From contig DASTSN010000040.1 of the NCBI GenBank assembly GCA_035760665.1, positions 82 to 64,081 of the forward strand: 64,000 nt of DNA. The letters run 5' to 3'. This document shows, piece after piece, positions 1 to 8,992 of the stretch (positions are counted from its first letter, which is position 1; every line of letters starts with the position of its first letter). The DNA comes from Chitinophagaceae bacterium (lineage in GTDB: Bacteria; Bacteroidota; Bacteroidia; Chitinophagales; Chitinophagaceae). Made by a program: the position numbers and the translations under genes. The notes beneath the pieces were generated by a model. The model saw only the letters and a program-made list of their open reading frames with translations. It searched no databases and was not told the origin of the DNA.

Positions 1-970
1 TGTATTTTGACTGGATGGCGAAAACGACTCCTTCGGCTTGTTTTTCTTTGGTACTTAAAATGCCGATTACTTCTCCGTTACGGTTAAAAACGGGCCCGCC
101 ACTGTTACCGGGGTTGGCGGCAATGCCGATCTGGCAACTAAGCGTATCTCCATTAAATCCTGTTTTGGCGCTCAGGTATCCTTCGCCATAAACGATTTCA
201 TCTCTGGGATAACCAAGAGTGAAAACTGGTTCTGCAAGATCTGAGGATGATTTACGTATTCCGTAGGGGAGGGATGAATAGGATTTAAAACGGTCATCAT
301 CAATTTTAAGAATGGCAATATCACGGGGTATATCTAGTTTGATGACAGCGGCTTTAAACTGATCGCCTTTGTTATTTTGGATAAAAATATTTTTGGAATT
401 TTTTACCACATGCGCATTGGTAATCAGGTAGCCTTTGGCATCTACCAGGAAACCTGTTCCGTTGTAGCGGACAGGGGCATTGATGACGTTATTATAAGCA
501 CTTTTCTGGTCTACTTTATCAATTTTGTAATCCAGTTTCTGGGTTACGTCTTTGAGGTTGTTCACCTCGTATACCAGTTGTTGTACTTGTTCATCTTTGG
601 CTCTGGGAGAAATGGAATTTACCAGTATGGAAATACCAATAGCCGTAACACCGGCAATGGATGCCGCAATAGCTGCCACCCGTTTATACCGGTTCCACAG
701 GTATATGACCCTGGCTTTTCCTTTCAGCCTGTCAGAGTTGATTTTGCCCTGCTCGGCCAGATCAATGTGTACATCGTGTAAAGCGGACTTGAATTTCTTC
801 CATTCGCCGAAGCGATTCATCTGCTGGGTGAACAGGGTATGCTCCACCACCATCTGGTCTACCTCTGCACTGGTTTTGCGCAGTTGTTCAAAATGGAGCC
901 GCTCATCGGGATTCATTTCGCCCCGGATATATCGTTCCACTGCATCAAGTAAGGCAATTTCGTTGTTCAC
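1..970 (-). CDS. Anti-sigma-factor-like N-terminal region with one TM helix, fused to a trypsin-like (S1/HtrA-type) serine protease domain; partial, 3' end lies beyond window start
   Basis: Minus-strand frame is open from the window edge up to a GTG at 970 that overlaps the upstream sigma-factor stop (GTGA). Translation gives N-terminal RYIRGEMNPDERLHFEQLRK, then a hydrophobic helix VAAIAASIAGVTAIGISILV, a coiled-coil-like stretch, and the catalytic triad motifs in correct order: TNAHV (His), DIAILK (Asp), GNSGGPVF (Ser). Absent from the supplied ORF track only because it runs off the edge. Confidence 0.7.
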   Translation of the reverse strand, partial: MNNEIALLDAVERYIRGEMNPDERLHFEQLRKTSAEVDQMVVEHTLFTQQMNRFGEWKKFKSALHDVHIDLAEQGKINSDRLKGKARVIYLWNRYKRVAAIAASIAGVTAIGISILVNSISPRAKDEQVQQLVYEVNNLKDVTQKLDYKIDKVDQKSAYNNVINAPVRYNGTGFLVDAKGYLITNAHVVKNSKNIFIQNNKGDQFKAAVIKLDIPRDIAILKIDDDRFKSYSSLPYGIRKSSSDLAEPVFTLGYPRDEIVYGEGYLSAKTGFNGDTLSCQIGIAANPGNSGGPVFNRNGEVIGILSTKEKQAEGVVFAIQSKY

Positions 971-1533
971 TTTTCCCCGTTTTTATAATGAGCAAAGAAT
1001 ATTTTTTTCAGGCGCATCAGGCATTTGTACTTCTGGTTTTTGGCATTGTCGGCATTGGTATAGCCAAAATCGGCCGCTATCTCCTGCATGTTTCTCTTTT
1101 GCAGGTAATAGGCTTCCAGCAGGCTTTTACAGGGTTCTCCCAGGCTGCTGATCGCTTTCTCCATCATGTCAAATTCTGCATCCCGCTTTTCGTGCTCTTC
1201 AATTTCCTCTTCTACAGGTACGGAATCCTCCGCATTAGGTATCTCCGTGTACCGGTTAATCGTTTGTAATCGCTTTAACCAAAGCCTCCTGCAAACGGAA
1301 TACAAGTAGGTCTTTATCAGGCAGTTCAACTCAAAATTCCCCGACCGCACTTTTTCGTACAATACAATCATGGCTTCCTGAAAGATGTCTTTCGCATCGT
1401 CGGCAGAGCCATTATTGTTAATGATCAGGGCCTGCACCATATTATAATTGTCCTTATATATGGTTTCTACTGCCTTTCTGTCGTTAACGGCCAATCCTTG
1501 TAATAACAACTGTTCGCTGTTCTCTTGTTTCAC
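967..1533 (-). CDS. RNA polymerase ECF-type sigma-70 family sigma factor
   Basis: 188-aa ORF; region-2-like DIFQEAMIVLYEK and region-4 HTH-like MQEIAADFGYTNADNAKNQKYKCLMRLKK; stop overlaps start of downstream anti-sigma/protease gene. Confidence 0.85.
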   Translation of the reverse strand: MKQENSEQLLLQGLAVNDRKAVETIYKDNYNMVQALIINNNGSADDAKDIFQEAMIVLYEKVRSGNFELNCLIKTYLYSVCRRLWLKRLQTINRYTEIPNAEDSVPVEEEIEEHEKRDAEFDMMEKAISSLGEPCKSLLEAYYLQKRNMQEIAADFGYTNADNAKNQKYKCLMRLKKIFFAHYKNGEK

Positions 1534-1676
1534 TGCTCCGATATTTAATACATAAATCTAAAAATAGTAACCCTTCAGGTTGTCCAAAAAAAAATTTTCC
1601 GCGGGCGGGTTACTTTTTTTTGTTTACCGTATAAATGTGAAATCTTTTGTAATTACAAATTAAAAAAAATTAACTC

Positions 1677-1862
1677 ATGAAAAAGCTTTTATTAGTTATG
1701 GCAGTTGCCGGTTTCTTTGCAGCATGTAACAATTCAGGTGAAGGTGAAAAAACTACCACCGACACGACTACTGTACAGCCTGCTGCCCAGGATACAACTG
1801 CTAAAGTTGATACAACTGCTAAAGTTGATACAACTGCTGCTGCTGATACGACTAAGAAGTAA
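1677..1862 (+). CDS. Small secreted lipoprotein (61 aa) with Thr-rich tandem repeats
   Basis: Signal peptide MKKLLLVMAVAGFFAAC with lipobox-like AAC; mature part is DTTAKV repeats; followed by intrinsic terminator. Confidence 0.55.
   Translation: MKKLLLVMAVAGFFAACNNSGEGEKTTTDTTTVQPAAQDTTAKVDTTAKVDTTAAADTTKK
1791..1859 (+). repeat. 18-bp tandem repeat (gatacaactgctaaagtt, about 3.8 copies) inside the small lipoprotein gene
   Basis: Direct reading of sequence: gatacaactgctaaagtt gatacaactgctaaagtt gatacaactgctgctgct gatacgactaagaag. Confidence 0.9.
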
Positions 1863-1888
1863 GATTTTCATATGGCAAGCAATCGTTA

Positions 1889-1922
1889 GAGGCCGTCCCG
1901 TTCCCGGGAGGGCCTTTTTTGT
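1889..1922 (+). terminator. Rho-independent terminator after lipoprotein gene
   Basis: GC-rich hairpin gaggccgtcccg-ttc-ccgggagggcc followed by tttttt. Confidence 0.8.
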
Positions 1923-2002
1923 ATTATTCTCCACACATATTATTATCGGATGCTTAGCCGATTACGGCTACCTTTGCAACTTCAAACCAAATATTTTTAT
2001 AA

Positions 2003-3655
2003 GTGACTACTTTCGATTCCTTAGGTATAGAAGAAGGTTTATTACGTTCAGTTGAGGCGCTGGGTTTTACTACACCTACCCCCATCCAGGAAAAAGCGAT
2101 CCCCGTCCTGCTGCAGGGCACCAAAGATTTCATTGGGCTTGCCCAAACCGGAACCGGCAAAACAGCTGCGTTTGGGCTACCGCTTTTGCAACTGATCAAT
2201 AAAGAAGAACGCATCCCGCAGGCCCTTATTATTTGCCCCACACGGGAATTGTGCCTGCAGATCACTAACGATTTAACTGCATTTAAAAAGAAGGCCGCCA
2301 ATGTAGCGGTAACCGCCGTATATGGCGGCGCCTCTATTAGTATGCAAATCAGGGATCTGAAAAAAGGCACCCAGATTGTGGTGGCTACGCCCGGCCGGCT
2401 CATCGACCTGATTGAGCGAAAAGCCATTCACCTGGAAAATATTCACTACGTGGTGCTGGATGAAGCTGATGAGATGCTGAATATGGGCTTTAAAGACGAT
2501 ATCGAATTTATTTTACAAAACACTCCCCGGCGGCAAAGCACCTGGCTGTTTAGCGCCACGATGCCACCGGAAATCAGGCAGGTGAGCAAGCGCTACATGC
2601 AGCAGCCTTTTGAGATCACCATTGGTAAAGTCAATGCCACCAATGTCAATATTGATCATCAGTACTATGTTACTTCAGCAATAAATCGTTACGAAACCCT
2701 GAAACGTATTATTGATTTTAACCCCGGGTTATACGGCATCATTTTCACCCGCACGAAGGCTGATGCGCAGCAAATTACTGAATCGCTGATCCGTGAAGGC
2801 TACGATATTGAAGCCCTGCACGGAGATCTTACTCAGCAGCAGCGCGACAAAGTGATGGGGCGTTTTCGCGAAAAAAGTCTCCAGTTATTGATTGCTACGG
2901 ATGTGGCTGCCCGTGGCATTGATGTGCAGGGGGTAACCCATGTCATCAATTATGAGCTGCCGGATGATACGGAAGTATACACACATCGCAGTGGACGTAC
3001 AGGCCGCGCCGGCCGCAGCGGTGTTTCTATATCAATTGTTACGGCCAGAGAAATTTACAGGCTCCGGCAAATTGAAAAACTGGTAAACAACCGTTTTCAT
3101 AAAATGGATATACCCAGTGGAAAAGATGTATGCCGCAAACAGTTTTTTCATTTCATTGACAAAATGCAGCAGGCCGACATCAGCCACGGAGAATATGAAG
3201 CCTATTTGCCGGTACTCAGGGAAAAATTTGCAGCAGTAGAAAAAGAAGAAATTTTGCAACGGGTAGCCGCACTCGAGTTCGACCGCTTTTTGAAATATTA
3301 TGAAAACGCAGCTGACCTGAATCTCCGGGAAGAACGGCGGGGTGAAAAAACGCAAATGCCACACCGTGACAGTAAGGGTAAAAGTTTTTCAAGAAATGGA
3401 AACTATCAACGATTGTTCGTTAACCTGGGAACGAAAGACGGTTTTTATAAAGCCAGTTTTCTGCAATTTATTTTGGATATGAGTGACCTGAGCAAGGACG
3501 TGCTCGGGCGAATTGATATGAAAGAAATGAATAGCTGGGTGGAAGTGGAACCGGCAGCTGCCAAAAAGATGATGCGGGCAATTGATGGTAAAAACTTCAG
3601 GGGCAGAAAGATTCGGATGAATGATGCGGACAGCGGTAACCGCAAAAAAAGTTAA
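2003..3655 (+). CDS. deaD: DEAD-box ATP-dependent RNA helicase with C-terminal DbpA-type RNA-binding domain
   Basis: Motifs AQTGTGKT (Walker A), DEAD, SAT, HRSGRTGRAGRSG; 550 aa; C-terminal basic RNA-binding extension. Confidence 0.9.
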   Translation: MTTFDSLGIEEGLLRSVEALGFTTPTPIQEKAIPVLLQGTKDFIGLAQTGTGKTAAFGLPLLQLINKEERIPQALIICPTRELCLQITNDLTAFKKKAANVAVTAVYGGASISMQIRDLKKGTQIVVATPGRLIDLIERKAIHLENIHYVVLDEADEMLNMGFKDDIEFILQNTPRRQSTWLFSATMPPEIRQVSKRYMQQPFEITIGKVNATNVNIDHQYYVTSAINRYETLKRIIDFNPGLYGIIFTRTKADAQQITESLIREGYDIEALHGDLTQQQRDKVMGRFREKSLQLLIATDVAARGIDVQGVTHVINYELPDDTEVYTHRSGRTGRAGRSGVSISIVTAREIYRLRQIEKLVNNRFHKMDIPSGKDVCRKQFFHFIDKMQQADISHGEYEAYLPVLREKFAAVEKEEILQRVAALEFDRFLKYYENAADLNLREERRGEKTQMPHRDSKGKSFSRNGNYQRLFVNLGTKDGFYKASFLQFILDMSDLSKDVLGRIDMKEMNSWVEVEPAAAKKMMRAIDGKNFRGRKIRMNDADSGNRKKS

Positions 3656-3701
3656 AAAAATAATTGTTGAAGATAAAATACGGAATTATATTTGTCGAGA
3701 T

Positions 3702-3788
3702 ATGACAACAGTAAAAGCATTCTTCGGATTTTATTTTTATTACTTCTTTTTTAGCAAGAAGCCGGGATTGCTTTTGTTGAAAGCGTGA
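3702..3788 (+). CDS. pheL: Phe/Tyr-rich leader peptide (28 aa) of the pheA operon attenuator: MTTVKAFFGFYFYYFFFSKKPGLLLLKA
   Basis: ATG at 3702, stop TGA 3786-3788; 7 Phe + 3 Tyr within 12 consecutive codons (3720-3752); lies in the 196-nt leader immediately upstream of prephenate dehydratase; overlaps alternative RNA hairpins (see regulatory feature). Confidence 0.65.
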   Translation: MTTVKAFFGFYFYYFFFSKKPGLLLLKA

Positions 3789-3848
3789 TACATCAAACTA
3801 AAATCAACATAAGAGATCCCGGCCAAAAGCCGGGATTCTTTTTTTATC
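3753..3848 (+). promoter_or_regulatory. Transcription attenuator: alternative antiterminator/terminator structures upstream of pheA
   Basis: Two near-identical copies of gccgggatt(g/c)ttttt (3761-3775 and 3829-3846) can each pair with the single complement atcccggc (3816-3823). Pairing of 3816-3823 with 3829-3836 (loop caaaa) plus U-run 3837-3846 forms an intrinsic terminator 4 nt before the pheA ATG. Pairing of 3761-3768 with 3816-3823 is a mutually exclusive antiterminator. Copy A lies inside the leader-peptide ORF just downstream of the Phe/Tyr codons. Confidence 0.6.
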
Positions 3849-3851
3849 TGT

Positions 3852-4682
3852 ATGGCAACAACCGTATCAATCCAGGGCTACGAAGGCAGTTTTCACCAGG
3901 CTGCTGCCCGGGTATTTTTTGGCAAAGACACAGCCGTGATTCCCTGTGCCACCTTTCGCGATGTGGTAAAAATTGCCGGCGATAAAACACAGAGCGATGG
4001 GGGTGTAATGGCGATTGAAAATTCAATCGCGGGCAGTATTCTTCCGAATTACAACCTGCTTCAGAAAAGTAACCTTACCATTACCGGCGAAGTTTACCTG
4101 CATATCCGGCAAAACCTGCTGGTAAACCCTGGCGTAAAACTGGGAGATATCCGGGAGGTGCACTCACATCCGATGGCGTTGCAGCAATGCCTGGAGTATT
4201 TAGACAAATATAACTGGAAACTCGTTGAGTCGGAAGATACCGCCTTAAGTGCAAAATACATTCACCAGCATAGAAGCCGGCACGTTGCCGCCATTGCCAG
4301 TAAGCTGGCTGCCGATCTTTTCGATCTTGAAGTGCTGGCACCCAATATCCATACGCTAAAAAATAATTATACACGATTTTTAATCTTGCAACGGGCTGAA
4401 ACAGCTGCGCAAATAGCAGGTGCGGATAAAGCTTCTGTGAATTTTTACACCGATCATTCACGTGGCAGTCTTGCAAAAGTGCTGACCAAAATTGCAGAAG
4501 GCGGTATTAACCTGAGTAAACTCCAAAGTTTTCCTATCCCGGGCAGCGATTTTAAGTACAGCTTTCATGCCGATATGGAATTTGATGACTTGGACCAGTT
4601 TCTCAGTGTGATAAAAGGAATTCAGTCGATAACAGAGCAGTTGAAAATTTACGGAATTTATAAACGAGGAATATGGAAGTAG
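3852..4682 (+). CDS. pheA: Prephenate dehydratase (PDT catalytic domain + C-terminal ACT domain)
   Basis: 276 aa; IQGYEGSFHQAA N-terminus typical of PDT; C-terminal ACT-like regulatory region; first gene of aromatic cluster. Confidence 0.9.
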   Translation: MATTVSIQGYEGSFHQAAARVFFGKDTAVIPCATFRDVVKIAGDKTQSDGGVMAIENSIAGSILPNYNLLQKSNLTITGEVYLHIRQNLLVNPGVKLGDIREVHSHPMALQQCLEYLDKYNWKLVESEDTALSAKYIHQHRSRHVAAIASKLAADLFDLEVLAPNIHTLKNNYTRFLILQRAETAAQIAGADKASVNFYTDHSRGSLAKVLTKIAEGGINLSKLQSFPIPGSDFKYSFHADMEFDDLDQFLSVIKGIQSITEQLKIYGIYKRGIWK

Positions 4683-5854
4683 CTAAGCGATTACAGGGAA
4701 TTGGGGAATATTATTTTTCCCAAAAGCTCCGGGAGATAGAGGAGTTAAATAAGCGGGGCAAAAATGTAATTAATCTTGGTATCGGCAGCCCGGATCTGCC
4801 GCCGCATCCGGATGTGATCAACGTATTGCAGCAGGAGAGTGCTAAGCCCAATGTACATGCCTACCAGTCGTACAAAGGCTCGCCCGTGCTTCGAAAAGCG
4901 GTGCGTGATTGGTACCGCGAGTGGTACAGCGTTGAACTGAACCCTGACACTGAGATTTTACCACTCATTGGCAGCAAGGAAGGCATTATGCATGTTTGTA
5001 TGACATACCTGAACGAAGGGGATAAAGCGCTGGTGCCGAATCCCGGTTATCCTACATACAGAAGTGCAGTGAAGCTGGCGGGTGCGGAGTGTGTACCGTA
5101 TACGCTGAAAGAAGAAAATCATTACGAGCCAGATTTTGAGTCGCTTCAGCAAAGCGATCTTTCCGGTATCAGGCTTATGTGGGTAAATTATCCGCAAATG
5201 CCAACAGGCCAGTTGCCTGCAACAGCGTTATTTGAAAAATTGATTGCATTCGGGAAGAAAAATAATATTCTCATTTGCCATGATAACCCTTATAGCTTTA
5301 TCCTGAATGATGAACCGATGAGTCTATTGGCTGTTCCCGGTGCAAAAGATTGTGCTATTGAATTGAATTCCCTGAGTAAATCACATAACATGGCCGGCTG
5401 GCGGGTTGGTATGCTCTGTGGTGCAAAAGAAAGAGTGGACGAAATATTGCGCTTTAAAAGTAACATGGACAGCGGCATGTTTCTGCCCCTTCAGCTTGCT
5501 GCCGCCAAAGCCCTTTCGTTAGGAAAAGAGTGGTATGACAGTATAAATACAATATACCGGGAAAGACGGCAGAAGGTATTTGCCTTGTTGCGCCTGCTGA
5601 ATTGTGAGTTTGCTGAAAATCAGGCAGGCATGTTTGTATGGGCAAAAATACCCGCCGGTTACAAAGACGGCTTTGCGCTAAGCGACCAAGTATTGCAGGA
5701 AGCAGCTGTTTTTATTACACCCGGCGGTATTTTCGGAGAAGCAGGAAACCGCTACATCAGGGTTAGCTTGTGCAGTCCTGCTGAAAAGTTTGAAGAGAGT
5801 ATTACCAGGATACAAAGAACCATGAAAAATCAAAACGAGTTACATGTTCAATAA
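4673..5854 (+). CDS. Class I/II PLP-dependent aminotransferase (aromatic/aspartate aminotransferase-like)
   Basis: 393 aa; SLSKSHNMAGWRVG PLP-lysine motif; overlaps pheA stop by 10 nt (operon). Confidence 0.85.
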   Translation: MEVAKRLQGIGEYYFSQKLREIEELNKRGKNVINLGIGSPDLPPHPDVINVLQQESAKPNVHAYQSYKGSPVLRKAVRDWYREWYSVELNPDTEILPLIGSKEGIMHVCMTYLNEGDKALVPNPGYPTYRSAVKLAGAECVPYTLKEENHYEPDFESLQQSDLSGIRLMWVNYPQMPTGQLPATALFEKLIAFGKKNNILICHDNPYSFILNDEPMSLLAVPGAKDCAIELNSLSKSHNMAGWRVGMLCGAKERVDEILRFKSNMDSGMFLPLQLAAAKALSLGKEWYDSINTIYRERRQKVFALLRLLNCEFAENQAGMFVWAKIPAGYKDGFALSDQVLQEAAVFITPGGIFGEAGNRYIRVSLCSPAEKFEESITRIQRTMKNQNELHVQ

Positions 5855-6692
5855 TGTTACAATTGTGGGTGTAGGCTTAATCAGCGGTTCATTTGCGCTG
5901 GCGTTGAAAGAAAAGCAGCTTGCTAAAAATATCATTGGCGTTAGTCGTACAGAGGCTAGCATACAAAAGGCGTTGGCGTTAGGGCTGATTGATGAATCCT
6001 TGCCGTTGGCTGAGGCGGTGAAAAAAAGTGATTTGATTTACGTAGCCATACCGGTTGATGCCACCTTACCCGTCATGCGGCAGGTTATGGATTTAATCAC
6101 CGAACGCCAGGTTGTTGCCGATGCTGGTTCCACAAAATATGCTTTGTGTGCTGATTTGGCAGATCATCCAATGCGGAAACGGTTTGTAGCCACCCACCCG
6201 ATGTGGGGAACGGAGTACAGCGGACCGGAATCAGCTGTGCGGGATGCTTTTGCAGGCCGTGCTTGTGTCATTTGTGAAAAGGAAAAAAGTGCTGTGGATG
6301 CAGTGGAAACGATGGAAACTATCTACCGGCAACTGGGGATGCATATCATTTACATGGATGCAGCGAACCACGATGTGCATGCAGCATATGTCAGTCATAT
6401 ATCACACATTACATCCTTTGCGCTGGCCAATACGGTACTGGAAAAGGAAAAAGAGGAAGATGCCATTTTTGAACTGGCAGGCGGCGGTTTTGAAAGCACG
6501 GTAAGGCTTGCCAAAAGTAACCCGGCTATGTGGGCGCCAATCTTTATGCAAAACCGGGAAAATGTGCTAGATGTTTTAAATGAACATATCAGCCAGTTGC
6601 GCAAATTCAAAGCTTCATTGGAAAAGGAAAACTATGCGTACCTCTACGAGTTAATGGAGCAGGCAAATAAAATAAAACGGATTTTAAAATAA
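5844..6692 (+). CDS. tyrA: Prephenate dehydrogenase
   Basis: 282 aa; N-terminal Rossmann VTIVGVGLISGSFALALK; overlaps upstream aminotransferase by 11 nt. Confidence 0.85.
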   Translation: MFNNVTIVGVGLISGSFALALKEKQLAKNIIGVSRTEASIQKALALGLIDESLPLAEAVKKSDLIYVAIPVDATLPVMRQVMDLITERQVVADAGSTKYALCADLADHPMRKRFVATHPMWGTEYSGPESAVRDAFAGRACVICEKEKSAVDAVETMETIYRQLGMHIIYMDAANHDVHAAYVSHISHITSFALANTVLEKEKEEDAIFELAGGGFESTVRLAKSNPAMWAPIFMQNRENVLDVLNEHISQLRKFKASLEKENYAYLYELMEQANKIKRILK

Positions 6693-6781
6693 AAAGTGCT
6701 TCCGGTTTAGGAAATGTTTTAACAGTGATGCAGTAACAGGAAACATTCACAAATAAATTAACTTTACAAACAGCAAACTAT

Positions 6782-7873
6782 ATGCAAGCAACAGACACAA
6801 AAACCATGAAAGAAACAGTGCAGGAAAAATGGAATAAACGTCCATTAATTATTGCCGGTCCCTGCAGTGCCGAAACCGAGGAACAGGTTCTGGCGACAGC
6901 CCAGCGGCTGGCAAATACCGGTAAAATTGATTTGCTTCGGGCCGGTATCTGGAAACCCCGCACCAAGCCCGGTATGTTCGAGGGCATTGGCACCAAAGGG
7001 TTACCCTGGCTGCAACAGGCAAAAAAATTTACCGGATTGCCTACCACAGTGGAAGTGGCCACCGCCAAGCAGGTGGAAGATGCACTAACCTTTGAAGTGG
7101 ATGTTCTGTGGATTGGTGCCCGAACAACAGTTAATCCTTTCAGCGTGCAGGAAGTGGCTGATGCGCTGCGCGGGGTGGATGTGCCGGTGCTGATTAAAAA
7201 TCCCATTAATCCCGACCTGGAATTATGGAGCGGGGCTGTAGAGAGGGTGGCAAGGGCCGGCGTTAAAAAAATTGGACTTATACACCGTGGGTTTTCTTCC
7301 TATGGTAATACAGAATACAGAAATGCGCCGATGTGGCATCTGGCAATCGAGATGAAACGTCGCAATCCTGATATGATGATCATTAATGATCCGTCACATA
7401 TTTGTGGACGCAGGGATATATTGATGGATGTTGCGCAAAAAGCCATTGACCTCGACTTTGACGGCCTGATGATCGAAAGCCATATCGATCCGGATAATGC
7501 CTGGAGCGATGCGAAACAGCAAATTACCCCTGAGCGACTGGCTGAAATGCTGGATAGTATCATCTGGCGAAAGGAAGACATCAACTCAGAAGAATTTCAT
7601 GCCGCTTTAGAAAAACTTCGCCAGCAAATCAACCATCTCGATGATGAATTGATGCAGATACTAAGTCAGCGCATGAAAATAGCAGAGAAAATTGGGGAAT
7701 ATAAAAAGAATAATAATATCACAATTCTGCAAACAAACCGGTGGAATGCTATCCTGGAAAGAGCATTTGTGAAAGGGGATAAGCTGGGCCTGAGTAAGGA
7801 GTTTATAACAAAGTATTTTGATGCTGTACACATGGAAAGTATCAGCCACCAGAATAAGATTATGAACAGCTAA
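6782..7873 (+). CDS. Bifunctional 3-deoxy-7-phosphoheptulonate (DAHP) synthase type I-beta / chorismate mutase
   Basis: 363 aa; N-terminal DAHPS/KDO8PS-like (RPLIIAGPCSAE) and C-terminal AroQ-type chorismate mutase (LRQQINHLDDELMQILSQRMKIAEKIGEYK). Confidence 0.85.
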   Translation: MQATDTKTMKETVQEKWNKRPLIIAGPCSAETEEQVLATAQRLANTGKIDLLRAGIWKPRTKPGMFEGIGTKGLPWLQQAKKFTGLPTTVEVATAKQVEDALTFEVDVLWIGARTTVNPFSVQEVADALRGVDVPVLIKNPINPDLELWSGAVERVARAGVKKIGLIHRGFSSYGNTEYRNAPMWHLAIEMKRRNPDMMIINDPSHICGRRDILMDVAQKAIDLDFDGLMIESHIDPDNAWSDAKQQITPERLAEMLDSIIWRKEDINSEEFHAALEKLRQQINHLDDELMQILSQRMKIAEKIGEYKKNNNITILQTNRWNAILERAFVKGDKLGLSKEFITKYFDAVHMESISHQNKIMNS

Positions 7874-7960
7874 AACCCTGTTCAGGGTAAGAGATGTATT
7901 GATGTTAATTTGGTAAAACCTTTTATGCCTGTATTAGAGCTGTAACTGGAGAGAATCTAC

Positions 7961-8980
7961 ATGAAACATATCAATATAAAGTTTGGTCAATCTGCAACGG
8001 ATTTTTACCTCGATGCTTCTTTCAGCTATTTAAAAAAAATTGTTGATCCCAAAAGAGCTGTGCTGATTACAGACGAGCATGTTTTTCAATATCACAGTCA
8101 GCGGTTTAAAAACTGGAATGTGATTGTTTTAAAACCGGGCGAGGAATATAAAGTCCAGGCCACTGTTGATGCGATTATTGAGCAGTTGATTGAAATGGAG
8201 GCTGACCGCCAAACAACACTTGTTGGTATAGGCGGGGGTGTAATTACTGACATCACAGGTTATGTGGCATCTGTTTATATGCGCGGAGTTCGCTTTGGTT
8301 TTGTGCCCACTTCGGTACTGGCCATGGTAGATGCGTCAATAGGCGGGAAGAATGGTATTGATGTTGGTGTATACAAAAATATGGTCGGTGTTATCAGGCA
8401 GCCTTCGTTCATTTTACACGATTTATTCTTTCTCAAGTCATTACCCCAGCAGGAATGGGAAAATGGATTTGCAGAAATAATAAAACATGCCTGCATTAAA
8501 GATGCCGCCATGTTTCGGGAACTGGAAACAAATTCTTTACAAAAATACAGGTCAGTTAAAAGCGTAATGGCAGCCCTCATTCACCGGAATATGATGATTA
8601 AAGTAAGGGTGGTACAGAAAGATGAATTTGAAAAAAATGAACGACGGCTACTCAATTTCGGCCACACCCTGGGGCATGCGCTGGAGAACCAGTATGAACT
8701 GCTGCATGGTCAGGCGGTAGCGATAGGCATGACCTATGCCTGTAAAATTTCTGAACAGCTTACCGGCTTCAGGCACACTGATAAGGTAGTAAGTGTGCTG
8801 GAGAAATATGGATTACCCGCTTATGCACGGTTTGATAAACAAAAAGTATTGACTGTACTAAAAATGGATAAGAAACGGGAAAAAAGGGAAATCAATTACA
8901 TCTTGCTGGAAAAAATCGGGCGGGCGGTTATCCAACCCATTCCGATAAAGCAGGTAGAAACATTTATTGCGCAATTTTAA
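7961..8980 (+). CDS. aroB: 3-dehydroquinate synthase
   Basis: 339 aa; LVGIGGGVITDITGYVAS nucleotide-binding motif; NFGHTLGHALE metal-binding region. Confidence 0.9.
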   Translation: MKHINIKFGQSATDFYLDASFSYLKKIVDPKRAVLITDEHVFQYHSQRFKNWNVIVLKPGEEYKVQATVDAIIEQLIEMEADRQTTLVGIGGGVITDITGYVASVYMRGVRFGFVPTSVLAMVDASIGGKNGIDVGVYKNMVGVIRQPSFILHDLFFLKSLPQQEWENGFAEIIKHACIKDAAMFRELETNSLQKYRSVKSVMAALIHRNMMIKVRVVQKDEFEKNERRLLNFGHTLGHALENQYELLHGQAVAIGMTYACKISEQLTGFRHTDKVVSVLEKYGLPAYARFDKQKVLTVLKMDKKREKREINYILLEKIGRAVIQPIPIKQVETFIAQF

Positions 8981-8992
8981 ATAGCCGGGATC

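Noticed and set aside
377-1151. Plus-strand ORFs 377-781 and 552-1151 from the track
   Set aside because: Low-complexity, Cys/Ser-rich translations lying antisense to a well-supported minus-strand protease gene with intact catalytic motifs. Judged spurious.
3785-3985. 66-aa ORF overlapping the pheA start
   Set aside because: Out of frame with pheA and spans the terminator hairpin. The region is better explained by the attenuator and the true pheA start at 3852.
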